A stretch of DNA of 64,000 nt, from positions 23,425 through 87,424 of IMG/VR virus record IMGVR_UViG_2811995317_000003. One strand, 5' to 3'. Origin of the DNA: a virus. Lineage: Duplodnaviria; Caudoviricetes. Shown here in pieces: positions 1-10,254 of this stretch (position 1 is the first letter of the stretch; the number at the start of each line of letters is the position of its first letter). A model generated the notes under the pieces. It had not been told where the DNA came from and did no database searches. It saw nothing but the letters and a program-made list of their open reading frames with translations. The translations under genes were made by a program, and so were the position numbers.

Positions 1-14
1 CGAGGATATCGAGA

Positions 15-788
15 ATGCCCAAGACGAAGCGCCGCCAGGCATCGGCGAACTTGGCGACAAACCGCCAGAGTCGCCAGGCGGAGATCCGATATCGAACGAG
101 CCTACGGCAGATAGCGCGGGCGGTCGGAGATATCGTAAATGGGCGCTACGATGGTTCAAACGATAGCGTCACCGAAATAATGGATGCGCTGGAGCGCTAC
201 AGCGAAATCATCACCCCCTGGGCGAAGAAGGTAGCTGAGAACTTCACCGCAGACATAGCGCGCCAGAATGAAAAGCAGTGGCGTCAACACAGTCGGAATA
301 TCAGCGCAGAACTGCGCAACATGGTTGACCGCGCCCCGGTAGGCCAGGTGATGAAATCCATCGTCGCCGAGCAAATTAAGTACATCAAATCGCTACCTCT
401 TGAGGCCGCCGATAGGGTGTATGACATTCAGAACAAAGCCATCGAGGCCGTTGTGACTGGTGGCCGCGCTGAGCCATTCGCGAAAGAGATAGCGGCGTCA
501 GGTGACGTGTCACGCTCGCGAGCGAACCTTATCGCCCGTACCGAGCTTGGACGCGCAACCGGCGCGCTGGATCAGGCGCGTGCGTTGTCAATCGGTTCGA
601 ATGGTTATATCTGGCGTACAGCCGAAGATGGCGATGTCCGGCATTCTCATCGTGAGATGGAGGGCAAGTTTGTCGAATGGGGCCGACCTCCAACGCTTGA
701 CGGCATGACCGGTCATGCTGGCGAGCTCCCGAACTGCCGCTGTTACAAAGAGATTGTCTTCCCCAACCCTCATTCTTATCTCGCCTGA
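15..788 (+). CDS. Head morphogenesis protein (SPP1 gp7/Mu F-like)
   Basis: IARTE and H..PNCRC motifs; position before the protease/scaffold gene. Confidence 0.85.
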   Translation: MPKTKRRQASANLATNRQSRQAEIRYRTSLRQIARAVGDIVNGRYDGSNDSVTEIMDALERYSEIITPWAKKVAENFTADIARQNEKQWRQHSRNISAELRNMVDRAPVGQVMKSIVAEQIKYIKSLPLEAADRVYDIQNKAIEAVVTGGRAEPFAKEIAASGDVSRSRANLIARTELGRATGALDQARALSIGSNGYIWRTAEDGDVRHSHREMEGKFVEWGRPPTLDGMTGHAGELPNCRCYKEIVFPNPHSYLA

Positions 789-802
789 ATCGCAGGTAAA
801 CC

Positions 803-2035
803 ATGAAATATTTTTTCAATACCCGGCTGGGGGAAACCCGCTATCAGCTGGCTGACGGCTCTCTGTTGTGTAAAGACGTGCCGATAGGTCGAACGGGTAA
901 GCAGCTCTACGGCGCTGCCGATCTGTCAAACCTCAAACCCGATAAGCTCGGTGAGATAGTCGTAACGCGCTCTCCTGAGCAGGTATTCCACCCGGCCACG
1001 CTCGCCTCATTCGAAGGGATGAGCATCACGATCCTGCATCCTGAAGATGAAAACGGGAATGTGCGGCTGGTAAATCCCGAGAACTGGAAAGAGCTTGCGG
1101 TCGGGCATCTTCAGAATGTCCGGCGCGGGACGGGTGTGCAGTCTGATTTGATGCTGGCTGACCTTATCGTCAAAGACGAAAACGCCATTCAGCTTATCGA
1201 AGATGGTCTGCGCGAAGCGTCGTGCGGCTATGACGCTGAGTACGAGCAGACCGAACCCGGAAAAGCCGAGCAGGTCGATATTACCGGAAACCATGTGGCT
1301 CTTGTCCCTAAAGGCAGAGCCGGAAATCGTTGTGCAATTGGAGACAGAGACACAATGGCAAATCAAAAGAAAAGCTGGTGGACCCGCATGCGCACGGCCA
1401 TCAAAACGGGTGATGCTGACACCATGAACGAACTGCTGGACTCTGCGCCAGCGGCGGTAACGGGCGATGAAGGGGATCTGCCGAGCGGCGTTAACCTCAA
1501 CATTAATCTTTCACCGCAACAACCATTGCCGGACAAAAAGCCGGAAATGGGCGGAGAGCCAACCGGCGACGGCGAGGACGATATCAAAACCTTGCTCAAA
1601 GCCCTGCTGGCTAAGCTGGAAGGTACTGCAACGGGCGATAACGACGATAAGCCTGACGGCAAAGATAACAAAGACCCTACCTGCGACGGTGAGGACGACG
1701 AAGAGGAAACCACGATTACCGGTGACGCTGCTTATCGTGCCGAAGTTATCGTTCCGGGTATCGATCTGAGCCGTAAGGTGAAACCTACCGCGTTCAAACG
1801 TGATGTGCTGTCCGCCGCTGACAAAACACTGGTTCGCCAGGTTGTCGGTGATGCGGATATCCGCAAATTGCCCAAGCAATCGGTAGATATGGCGTTTAAC
1901 GCCGTGTCAGAGATTGCCAAAGGGCGAAACACCCGCAGCACCACGGGCGATGCACAACGTACAAATATGGGCATGACCAGCATCGCTTCCCTGAACAAAC
2001 AAAACGCCGACTTCTGGTCTAACCGCAAAGGATAA
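803..2035 (+). CDS. DUF2213-type prohead protease/scaffold
   Basis: ITxLHP, SCGY and GNHVALVPKGRAG motifs; acidic low-complexity C-terminus. Confidence 0.8.
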   Translation: MKYFFNTRLGETRYQLADGSLLCKDVPIGRTGKQLYGAADLSNLKPDKLGEIVVTRSPEQVFHPATLASFEGMSITILHPEDENGNVRLVNPENWKELAVGHLQNVRRGTGVQSDLMLADLIVKDENAIQLIEDGLREASCGYDAEYEQTEPGKAEQVDITGNHVALVPKGRAGNRCAIGDRDTMANQKKSWWTRMRTAIKTGDADTMNELLDSAPAAVTGDEGDLPSGVNLNINLSPQQPLPDKKPEMGGEPTGDGEDDIKTLLKALLAKLEGTATGDNDDKPDGKDNKDPTCDGEDDEEETTITGDAAYRAEVIVPGIDLSRKVKPTAFKRDVLSAADKTLVRQVVGDADIRKLPKQSVDMAFNAVSEIAKGRNTRSTTGDAQRTNMGMTSIASLNKQNADFWSNRKG

Positions 2036-2039
2036 TCCA

Positions 2040-2543
2040 ATGACTGCATATCTCTACCGGATGCCTGTTGGCATTGCCGGGGCTATCTCTCGCCCGCAGG
2101 ACTTAACCGTCGAACCGGTGATCCTTAAATCCGCTAACGCCTTCGCTGCCTATGGTCTGGCTGGCAAATACGACGATGACGGCTTTTTCGTACCGCTGGC
2201 GGACGGTGACACCGCCGACAAGGTGAAGGGTATCTACGTTCGTCCGTATCCGACCACATCGCAGCCAGATATGGTTCGCCAGGTGGGGACGGATAAGAAC
2301 TTCCCGGGCGACGCCATGAAGCGTGGCTACATGACCGTTAACCTCGGATCTGGCTTTGATGCCAGCACCATCAAAAAAGGCGCGCCTGTCTACGTGGTTG
2401 TTTCGCTCGATTCAACCATTGACGTGCCGCTGGGCGGTTTCATGTCCACGTCAGTCAGTGGCAAAAACGTGGCGCTGACCAACGCCGAATTCACAGGGGC
2501 CGGTGACGCTAACGGCAATGCAGAAATCTCCTGGAAGATTTAA
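2040..2543 (+). CDS. Head decoration/cement protein
   Basis: Lies between scaffold and capsid genes; small beta-rich protein; RBS AAAGGA. Confidence 0.6.
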   Translation: MTAYLYRMPVGIAGAISRPQDLTVEPVILKSANAFAAYGLAGKYDDDGFFVPLADGDTADKVKGIYVRPYPTTSQPDMVRQVGTDKNFPGDAMKRGYMTVNLGSGFDASTIKKGAPVYVVVSLDSTIDVPLGGFMSTSVSGKNVALTNAEFTGAGDANGNAEISWKI

Positions 2544-2554
2544 GGAACAGACGA

Positions 2555-3496
2555 ATGATTACTTTTGATCAGGCAACCGTTGATGGCTCTGGTGCCTTTC
2601 TCATCGGGGAGCTGGAACGACTCGACCAGACGCTGAACCTGCCGCTGGTGGGTTACACCTGGACCCGCGATATTCAGCTGCGTGAAGACGTTTCTATCGC
2701 AGATGACATTTCCAGCTGGACTAATACCAGCTTTGGCGCTGCGGGTACTGGTGCAAATCCGAACGGTAAAAACTGGGTAGGCAAAGACTCTACCGCCATT
2801 GCTGGCGTGAACGTTGATATCGGCAAAGACGGCAATCCGCTGAACCTCTGGGGCATGGAGCTGGGCTGGACCGTTGTAGAGCTGGCAGCAGCTCAGCAGG
2901 TAGGTCGCCCGATTGACACCCAGAAGTACGACGGGATGCAGCTCAAATGGCAGATGGACAACGACGAGCAGGTTTACATCGGTGATGACGCGCTCGGCCT
3001 GAAAGGTCTGGCAAACCTTGTCGGTGTGACGCTGAACAACGCGCCGAAGACCTGGGCGAACTCCACCAACGACGAGATCCTCGATAGCGTGAACAGCATT
3101 TTGTCGAATGCCTGGGCCGCTTCCGGTTATTCCGTCGTGCCTTCTGATCTGCGCATTCCTCCAGAGCAGTATTCACTGCTGGCGAGCCGTAAGGTTTCCG
3201 AAGCGGGTAACCAGTCGCTGCTGACCTATCTGGCTGTGAACACTATCGCTTTCCACCAGAACGGCGTTCCGCTGGAAATCAAAGCGGTCAAATGGCTGAA
3301 ATGGCGCGGGGTTGGCGGTAAAGACCGTATGGTCGCCTACACCAACGACAAGAAATACGTGCGCTATCCGCTGGTGCCGTTGCAGAGCGTTCCTGTCCAG
3401 TATCGTGGTCTGTACCAGATTGCGACCTACTACGGCAAGCTCGGTGCGGTTGAGCCAGTGTACAAAGAAACCCTGTCCTACGTGGACGGTATCTGA
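2555..3496 (+). CDS. Major capsid protein (DUF2184-type)
   Basis: Size 313 aa, position, RBS AAGGA, high-expression codon usage. Confidence 0.8.
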   Translation: MITFDQATVDGSGAFLIGELERLDQTLNLPLVGYTWTRDIQLREDVSIADDISSWTNTSFGAAGTGANPNGKNWVGKDSTAIAGVNVDIGKDGNPLNLWGMELGWTVVELAAAQQVGRPIDTQKYDGMQLKWQMDNDEQVYIGDDALGLKGLANLVGVTLNNAPKTWANSTNDEILDSVNSILSNAWAASGYSVVPSDLRIPPEQYSLLASRKVSEAGNQSLLTYLAVNTIAFHQNGVPLEIKAVKWLKWRGVGGKDRMVAYTNDKKYVRYPLVPLQSVPVQYRGLYQIATYYGKLGAVEPVYKETLSYVDGI

Positions 3497-3506
3497 TAAC
3501 CAGAAC

Positions 3507-3522
3507 GGCCCCGAAAGGGGCC
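3507..3522 (+). other. GC hairpin with GAAA tetraloop directly after the capsid gene (no U-tract)
   Basis: GGCCCC-GAAA-GGGGCC; possible mRNA stabiliser or partial attenuator. Confidence 0.5.
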
Positions 3523-3537
3523 AGAAGGAAACTTAAA

Positions 3538-3927
3538 ATGGCGAAAGAAAAGCTGGTTACCATCCATGTTCACACCCCGTTTACGCTGACGCTCGGCGAT
3601 CAGTCAAAACAGGAGTTTGGCCGGGGACGGCATAACGTACCGGAAGAGGTTGCGTCGCACTGGTTCACCCAGGCGCACTCTGAGCTTTCCGAAAGCGTGA
3701 TTAGCGAAACCGATGATCTGCAACCCATTATCGACAGCCTGCAAGCGCAGATTGCCGACAAAGATAAGCAGATTGTCGATAAAGATCAGCTGATTGCCGA
3801 TCTGAAAGAAGCGCTGCTCAAGCTGCAAGAGCAGAACGACAGCCTGCAAGCGCAGATTGCTGCCGCCCAGACTGGCGGTAATGGGGCGAAAGATGCCAAA
3901 GAATCAAAGCCTGCCAACAGTAAGTGA
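3538..3927 (+). CDS. Head-associated hypothetical protein with coiled-coil C-terminus
   Basis: ORF after capsid gene with RBS; heptad-like Q/L/I repeats. Confidence 0.6.
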   Translation: MAKEKLVTIHVHTPFTLTLGDQSKQEFGRGRHNVPEEVASHWFTQAHSELSESVISETDDLQPIIDSLQAQIADKDKQIVDKDQLIADLKEALLKLQEQNDSLQAQIAAAQTGGNGAKDAKESKPANSK

Positions 3928-4300
3928 TTTTCGGCGCGACTTCCCGCAGTTTGCTGACCCTGCCAAATATCCCGAAGCGCAAATCCAGTTTCGTCTGAAT
4001 CTGGCCGATGTGCTGCTGAGCGAAAACGTCACTGGCAAAGAGTTGTTTCCGTACTTTGCCGAGTTGTTCGTGGCTCACTACATGACGCTATGGGCGGCAG
4101 ATAGCCGGGCAATGCTGGTTGGCGGCCCGGGCGGTTCAACCAATGGTGTTCAATCCTCCAAGTCCGTTGACAAGGTAAGCGTCAGCTATGACACCAGCGC
4201 GACGCTAAACCCTGACGCAGGCTTCTGGAATAACACCCGATATGGCGCTGAATTTTATCAGCTGATCACGATGTTCGGTGCGGGCGGTCGCCAGCTATGA
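3893..4300 (+). CDS. Head-tail adaptor (DUF4054-type)
   Basis: FRxDFPQF, SVSY and TRYG motifs; start moved to ATG 3893. Confidence 0.75.
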   Translation: MPKNQSLPTVSDFRRDFPQFADPAKYPEAQIQFRLNLADVLLSENVTGKELFPYFAELFVAHYMTLWAADSRAMLVGGPGGSTNGVQSSKSVDKVSVSYDTSATLNPDAGFWNNTRYGAEFYQLITMFGAGGRQL

Positions 4301-4851
4301 GTTTCAAAAGCGGTGTAACAACGAGGGTGGATAATGCTCAGGCCATTCTGGATGTGCTCAAATCCATCAGTAAAAAAGAAGTGCTGGTGGGCATCCCGGA
4401 AGAAGACAGCGAGCGTGAGGATGTTCCGTTTGGTAATGCCGGGATCGGTTACGTCAACGAATACGGCTCACCAGCGCAAAACATCCCCCCACGCCCGCAC
4501 CTGATCCCCGGCGTTAAATCGGTAGAGGAACAGACAGTGCCGCAGCTTAAAACAGCGGCGCAGGCTGCGCTTGATGGTAATGCGGCGGGGGCGGAAAGAG
4601 CGCTCAACCGCGCCGGAACGCTGGCCGCTAATGGCGTCAGGCGTTACATGACCATTACCGGCTTTACACCGCTTGCTGATAGCACCGTTGAGGCCCGCGC
4701 ACGTCGAGGGCGCAAAGGGGCAAAAGCGGAACTTGCGCGGCGCGCTGCTGGTGAGTCTCCTGGAACCGATCTGGTGAAACCGCTAATCGACACCGGGCAA
4801 TATCGCAGAGCCATTACCCATGTTGTGAGGGATAAAGATGCCGACTCTTGA
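4297..4851 (+). CDS. Neck/tail-completion protein
   Basis: NEYG..IPPRP and KPLIDTG motifs; ATGA coupling. Confidence 0.6.
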   Translation: MSFKSGVTTRVDNAQAILDVLKSISKKEVLVGIPEEDSEREDVPFGNAGIGYVNEYGSPAQNIPPRPHLIPGVKSVEEQTVPQLKTAAQAALDGNAAGAERALNRAGTLAANGVRRYMTITGFTPLADSTVEARARRGRKGAKAELARRAAGESPGTDLVKPLIDTGQYRRAITHVVRDKDADS

Positions 4852-5227
4852 TGTAACAGACGTGCTTTTTGACCCCGATTTTTGCGACTTCAACCTGTGG
4901 GTAACGCGTCGCGCGCAAACGGTGGACGAGGACGGGATCGGCAGCGACAGCGAAGTTAAAACGCAGTTTGCCGGGGTTGTTACTGTTGACCGCTCCCTGG
5001 AAAACCGTCGTATGCAGTCCGGGCAAGTAATCAGTGGCGCGATTCTCATCGTGACGACTGAACGACTTACGCAGGGGCAGACTGGCCGTGATGCCGATAT
5101 CGTGACGTATCAGAACCGTGATTATCGTGTGACATTCGTTGACCCGTACACGGCTTACGGTGCTGGCTTTGTCCAGGCGCATTGTGAATTACTGCCGTTT
5201 GATGGGGGAACTCCCGTTGAGCAATAA
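4838..5227 (+). CDS. Head closure/stopper protein
   Basis: Position in neck module; overlapping translational coupling. Confidence 0.55.
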   Translation: MPTLDVTDVLFDPDFCDFNLWVTRRAQTVDEDGIGSDSEVKTQFAGVVTVDRSLENRRMQSGQVISGAILIVTTERLTQGQTGRDADIVTYQNRDYRVTFVDPYTAYGAGFVQAHCELLPFDGGTPVEQ

Positions 5228-5765
5228 CACCAGCACAGAGCGCGGCTGGCTGACGCCCACCAGCGGCGATCCGGATTATGACGAATCGCTCGACAGGCTG
5301 TTAAGCCAGTGGATGCGCAACGTTTCCGGCTTGCCGGCTGGGATGGTTCGCCCGCGCTGGCAGAAAGACCAACCGCCATTGCTACCCATTGAAACGAACT
5401 GGTGCGCGTTCGGCGTTACCGGATGGCCCATTGATAACAGTCCTGCATTCACCAATCAGACCGACGAGGGCGCTCAGCTCTGGCGGCATGAAACGTTCGA
5501 GTGCATGGCGTCGTTCTATGGCCCGGCTGGTATGTCTTATGCGTCCCGTTTTCGCGATGGCATATCTGTCCCGCAAAACAATGCTGAGCTGAACGCGCTT
5601 GGTTTGTCCCTGGGCGACTATACCGATCTGACCCCTTTCCCCGAACTTATCAACCAGCAATGGGTTCGCCGCTACGACATGACGGTGCGCCTGCGCCGGA
5701 AGGTTGTGCGCGAGTACGGAATTAAATCGCTGGTGGAAGCGCCAGTCACCTTTTTTGGAGAATAA
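5217..5765 (+). CDS. Tail/sheath terminator protein
   Basis: Precedes sheath gene; probable TTG start at 5217 after GGGGGA. Confidence 0.55.
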   Translation: MSNNTSTERGWLTPTSGDPDYDESLDRLLSQWMRNVSGLPAGMVRPRWQKDQPPLLPIETNWCAFGVTGWPIDNSPAFTNQTDEGAQLWRHETFECMASFYGPAGMSYASRFRDGISVPQNNAELNALGLSLGDYTDLTPFPELINQQWVRRYDMTVRLRRKVVREYGIKSLVEAPVTFFGE

Positions 5766-5768
5766 ACT

Positions 5769-6929
5769 ATGACGCAGGGCTTACCTGTATCCAACGTTGT
5801 AAACGTTGATGTGATCATCTCGCCGAAAGCGGCTACTGGTCGTAACTTTGGCGCGCTGCTGATCCTCGGTTCTTCCACTGTCATTCCGGTGCAGGAGCGC
5901 GTTCGCCTTTATGCGTCTGTTGAGGACATTGGCGAGGACTTCGGAGTCGACAGCCCGGAATATGAAGCGGCGCAGGTTTTCTTCAGCCAGTCGCCGAAGC
6001 CGACGCAGGTTTATGTTGGCCGCTGGGCGAAGACGCTGACCTCTTCCGAAGGTGGAAGCGTGGAAACCATTGTGCAAGCTGTTAATGCCTGCCTGCAATA
6101 TACCAACTGGTATGGGCTGGTTGTCGCTGATGATGTTGCTGATGGCGGTGATGTGCTTGATGCTGACGACGTGATTGAGGTTGCTAAACTTATCGAAGCG
6201 TCCAGTTTGAGCCGCATTTTCGGGGTAACATCTGCCGACGCCGAGATTATCAGCACGACTTCGACGACCGATGTTGCGTCGAAATTAAAGGCTGGCAAGT
6301 ATTCCCGTACCTTTATTCAGTATTCCACCAGCAGCCCTTATGCAGCGGTTTCAGCTTTCGGTCGCGCGTTTACTGTCAATTTCAACGGCAGCAACACCAC
6401 CATTACCCTGAAATTCAAACAGGAACCGAGCGTAACCTACGAAACGTTGACGGTAGGACAGGCGGCGGCTGTGGGTGCGAAGAATGCGAACGTGTTCGTG
6501 TACTACGCCAACGACACGGCGATCCTGCAACAGGGTGTTATGGCGAACGGTGACTTCTTCGACGAGCGCCACGGGCTCGACTGGTTGCAGAACTACGTTC
6601 AGACCAACCTCTATAACCTGCTTTACACCAGTACCACCAAAATTCCGCAGACTGATGCTGGTGTGACCCGCCTGCTTTCCAACGTTGAACAGTCCATGGA
6701 TCAGTCCGTCACGAATGGTCTGGTAGCGGCTGGCGTGTGGAATGGTGGCCCTATCGGACAGCTGAATTCCGGCGATACGCTGACCAAAGGTTATTACGTG
6801 TATGCGCAACCTCTGTCCGAACAGGCGCAGGCCGACCGAGAAGCTCGCAAAGCACCGTTAATCCAGGTGGCCTGTAAGCTGGCTGGCGCAGTTCATTATG
6901 CCGATGTGCAGATCAACGTGGTTCGCTAA
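5769..6929 (+). CDS. Tail sheath protein (DUF3383-type)
   Basis: [11 protein letters not shown]-terminus, [21 protein letters not shown]. Confidence 0.8.
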   Translation: MTQGLPVSNVVNVDVIISPKAATGRNFGALLILGSSTVIPVQERVRLYASVEDIGEDFGVDSPEYEAAQVFFSQSPKPTQVYVGRWAKTLTSSEGGSVETIVQAVNACLQYTNWYGLVVADDVADGGDVLDADDVIEVAKLIEASSLSRIFGVTSADAEIISTTSTTDVASKLKAGKYSRTFIQYSTSSPYAAVSAFGRAFTVNFNGSNTTITLKFKQEPSVTYETLTVGQAAAVGAKNANVFVYYANDTAILQQGVMANGDFFDERHGLDWLQNYVQTNLYNLLYTSTTKIPQTDAGVTRLLSNVEQSMDQSVTNGLVAAGVWNGGPIGQLNSGDTLTKGYYVYAQPLSEQAQADREARKAPLIQVACKLAGAVHYADVQINVVR

Positions 6930-6939
6930 GGAGCGATAA

Positions 6940-7380
6940 ATGGCAACTTATTCTTTTCTCGATGTAACCGCGTCGCTCACCGGGCCGACCGGCGTTATCG
7001 ATCTTGGTCAGGGTTCTGCCAACTCTGAGGAAGGTATCACCCAGACCATGGGCGGCAACAAGAACACCATGACCATCGGTGCCGATGGCGAAGTGATGCA
7101 CAGCCTGCACGCCGATAAGTCAGGCACCATTACGGTGACGCTGCTGAAAACCTCCCCGGTGAACAAGAAGCTGTCTCTGGCGTATAACGCGCAAAGCCAG
7201 TCCTCTGCCACCTGGGGTAATAACGTGATCGTCATTCGCAACACGGCATCGGGAGATATTTCTACTGCGCGTTCGTGTGCATTCCAGAAACAGCCTGATT
7301 TCAATAACGCCAAAGAGGGCGGAACTGTCGCCTGGGTGTTCGACTGCGGCAAGATTGACCAGCTGCTCGGGGAGTTTTAA
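6940..7380 (+). CDS. Tail tube protein (DUF3277-type)
   Basis: Follows sheath; IGADGE..HS and GTITV.LL.TS motifs. Confidence 0.75.
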   Translation: MATYSFLDVTASLTGPTGVIDLGQGSANSEEGITQTMGGNKNTMTIGADGEVMHSLHADKSGTITVTLLKTSPVNKKLSLAYNAQSQSSATWGNNVIVIRNTASGDISTARSCAFQKQPDFNNAKEGGTVAWVFDCGKIDQLLGEF

Positions 7381-7383
7381 CGC

Positions 7384-7809
7384 ATGGAATTCGAAATTAA
7401 AGGCGTGAAATATCGCACTGCAAAGCTCAGCGTTTTCGAACAGCTGAAGGTGTCCCGCAAGCTGTTGCCGGTGCTGGCCGGGATGGTTTCTGACTTCCGG
7501 AGCGTTCAGGAGAAGATCAGCAGCAAAGACACAGAAGGCGCGATGGCTACCATCCTGCCAAAGATTGCCAATGCTGTGTCCGATCTGAGCGATGGCGACG
7601 TGGACGCTATCCTGTTCCCCTGCCTTTCCGTCGTTTCACGCGAGCATATGAAAGGCTGGGTGCCGGTCTGCCAGCATGGCGAAATGGCGTTTGACGATAT
7701 CGACCTGCTTACCATGCTGCAACTGGTGGCGCGGGTGGTCGCCGACTCGCTGGGAAATTTTTTGCAAGGACTCCCTACCAGCGAGACGCCCACCCCGCCA
7801 GCGGAATAA
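7384..7809 (+). CDS. Tail assembly chaperone G
   Basis: Lies between tube and tape measure genes; slippery run near 3' end. Confidence 0.75.
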   Translation: MEFEIKGVKYRTAKLSVFEQLKVSRKLLPVLAGMVSDFRSVQEKISSKDTEGAMATILPKIANAVSDLSDGDVDAILFPCLSVVSREHMKGWVPVCQHGEMAFDDIDLLTMLQLVARVVADSLGNFLQGLPTSETPTPPAE

Positions 7810-7997
7810 CCTTCAACAGCCTGCCGGGCGGTGAAGATTTTATTCTTCGTCCGGCGCTTGCCTTCCATATTGACCAGAAAGACCTTAACAGCGGTGCGGT
7901 AGACCTTTGCCGCATCGCGCTTCTCAATGACTACCTCGATATGCGCGAGGATAACGACGCCCGGGTAGATAAATGGAGAGCGGCCAATGAGCGGTAA
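7384..7997 (+). CDS. Tail assembly chaperone GT via programmed -1 frameshift at 7752-7764
   Basis: GGGAAATTTTTTG in the G frame; the -1 frame is open to TAA 7995-7997 and has no start of its own near its 5' end. Confidence 0.7.
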
Positions 7998-10254
7998 CGC
8001 AGATACGATTAAAGATTTCCTTGTTTCGCTGGGATTCGATATCGATCAGGCTGGCGCTAATAAGTTTGAAGCCGTGCTGAAAGGCGTTACCGCGAACGTT
8101 CTGAAGGTCGGCGCGGTGGTGGAAGGCGCAGCGCTGAGCATTGTCGGATTTACCACCCAGATCGCGAATGGTCTGGATAAAATTTACTGGGCATCCCAGC
8201 GGACGGGGGCCAGCGTCCAGGGCATCAAAGCGCTGGGCTATGCCGCATCGCAAACCGGTGCCAGCGCCGAGTCGGCCATGTCCTCCCTCGAAGGGCTGGC
8301 CGGTTTCATGCGTAGCAATCCGGGTGCGGAAGGCTTCTTGAACCGTCTTGGTGTCCAGACCCGCGATGCCAGCGGAAAGATGCGTGATACTGCTGCCATC
8401 TTTACTGGCGTTGGGCAAAAGCTCAACAACATGCCGTATTACCGCGCGAAGCAATACGCGCAGATGCTCGGCATCGATGAAAACACGCTGATGGCGATGC
8501 GGCGCGGCATGAATGGCTTTACCGCCGATTACCAGTCTATGCTGCAAAAGACGGGGTTCAACGCTGATAAGGCGGCCGTTCAGTCCAACAAATTCATGAC
8601 GTCCATGCGCGGGCTTACGTCGCTGTTCGGCATTATGCGGGACAAGATCGGCTCAAACCTCGCTGGTGGTCTGGCTGGTTCGCTGGACAGCCTGCGGCGG
8701 CGCATCCTCGACAACTTCCCGAAGATTGAGGAGACGCTGACCAAAGTTATTAAGGGCGTGATCTGGCTTGCAAACGCCTTCACACGAATGGCGTGGCGGG
8801 TGATACAGGCCGCTGGTTCTGTCATTGACTGGTGGAAGCGTCTTGATGAAGGCAGTAAAAACCTGCTGAAAATAGTCGGAGCTTTACTGGTCGCCTGGCG
8901 CTTGCTTAATGCTGCGTTTCTGAAATCACCTATCGGCCTCATCACCACGCTTATTCTGGCGATCGGATTACTGTATGACGATTACAAGACTTGGAAGGAG
9001 GGTGGCAAAAGCCTGATTGACTGGAGCAAGTGGGAGCCAGCAATAGAAAAGGCGAAAAAGGCAATTCTCTGGCTGCGCGATAAGCTGCTTGGGCTAAAGG
9101 ATTCTGTCGGTGGGTGGCAGAACTCGCTGGAAATTTTGGCTACCTTCATCGCTGGGGTATGGGTAACAAAAGTGTTGGGAGCATTCGCAAAAATATCCGG
9201 TCTTCCGATACCTCCATGGCTTAAATTATGGGGAGCGTATGCTGGTTACTTGGTTTCAGATCGTGAAAACATAAAAGCCAGTGCTAAATCATCTTTGGAC
9301 TATACCAAAAGGAACATTGGTGATGCTCTTGCTACGGTTGGCATCAAAACCGACCTTGGGCGAAAAGATGTTAGCGAGGTAAGAGAATGGCCCGCATGGA
9401 TGGATTGGCTGCATGGTGGCCCAGGTAAGATTATTCGTCAGGCGCAAAGCAATGGCGTCGTTTATGGCGATAATGTTCAGCCTGACATTCCCGGGACGGA
9501 ACAGCATGTTCGTAGTAATGAAATTGCCCCGCATGAAAGAGATGAAATAAAAAACCGTCAGCAGGCTGCTAATGGTTATCTTGAAAAGATCTCAGACGGG
9601 ATTGCCAAAATCGGTAATTTATTTTTCTCACCGGCTGGCGCTGCTGAAATCTCTCCAAATATACCGGGTGACCTCGCCCAGTTAGCTCAATCAGTTAAAC
9701 GCCCACAAGCTACAGCACAGGGCAAGGTTTTGCTCGACTGGATGGGGCCAATGTTCAATAAGCTGGAGTCTCTTTATCAGCTGCCTGCTGGTCTGTTGAA
9801 AAGCGTGGCGATCACTGAGTCGGGTGGTAACCAGTTCGCCACGTCCGGCGCTGGTGCAAAGGGGCTGTTCCAGTTCATGGATGGCACGGCGCGAGACATG
9901 GGCCTGCGTGGTAACGATGTGTTCGACCCGGAAAAGTCAGCTCAGGCCGCAGCTAAGTACCTCAGCCAGCTATTGCGGCAGAACGGTGGGGATCTTAGCA
10001 AAGCGCTGGCGTCGTATAACTGGGGGATTGGGAATGTTAAGCGTTATGGCATGGGGCTAATGCCGCAGGAAACACGCAACTACATTCCGAAAGTGATGAG
10101 CAATATGCCCACCAGCGCCCCGGTGATTCAGCAGGAAACGAACATTAACATCCACGGCGTTTCCGATCCGCGCGAGGCTGCCCGTTTGACTGTTGACCGT
10201 CAAAAGGGCGTGAATTCACAGTTAACCCAGCAACTCCCCGCAGGACCGAGATAA
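7987..10254 (+). CDS. Tape measure protein with C-terminal lytic transglycosylase (SLT)
   Basis: Long helical protein; AITESGG, GAKGLFQFM and ALASYNWG SLT motifs. Confidence 0.85.
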   Translation: MSGNADTIKDFLVSLGFDIDQAGANKFEAVLKGVTANVLKVGAVVEGAALSIVGFTTQIANGLDKIYWASQRTGASVQGIKALGYAASQTGASAESAMSSLEGLAGFMRSNPGAEGFLNRLGVQTRDASGKMRDTAAIFTGVGQKLNNMPYYRAKQYAQMLGIDENTLMAMRRGMNGFTADYQSMLQKTGFNADKAAVQSNKFMTSMRGLTSLFGIMRDKIGSNLAGGLAGSLDSLRRRILDNFPKIEETLTKVIKGVIWLANAFTRMAWRVIQAAGSVIDWWKRLDEGSKNLLKIVGALLVAWRLLNAAFLKSPIGLITTLILAIGLLYDDYKTWKEGGKSLIDWSKWEPAIEKAKKAILWLRDKLLGLKDSVGGWQNSLEILATFIAGVWVTKVLGAFAKISGLPIPPWLKLWGAYAGYLVSDRENIKASAKSSLDYTKRNIGDALATVGIKTDLGRKDVSEVREWPAWMDWLHGGPGKIIRQAQSNGVVYGDNVQPDIPGTEQHVRSNEIAPHERDEIKNRQQAANGYLEKISDGIAKIGNLFFSPAGAAEISPNIPGDLAQLAQSVKRPQATAQGKVLLDWMGPMFNKLESLYQLPAGLLKSVAITESGGNQFATSGAGAKGLFQFMDGTARDMGLRGNDVFDPEKSAQAAAKYLSQLLRQNGGDLSKALASYNWGIGNVKRYGMGLMPQETRNYIPKVMSNMPTSAPVIQQETNINIHGVSDPREAARLTVDRQKGVNSQLTQQLPAGPR

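Noticed and set aside
7924-8547. 207-aa minus-strand ORF
   Set aside because: Shadow of the tape measure gene
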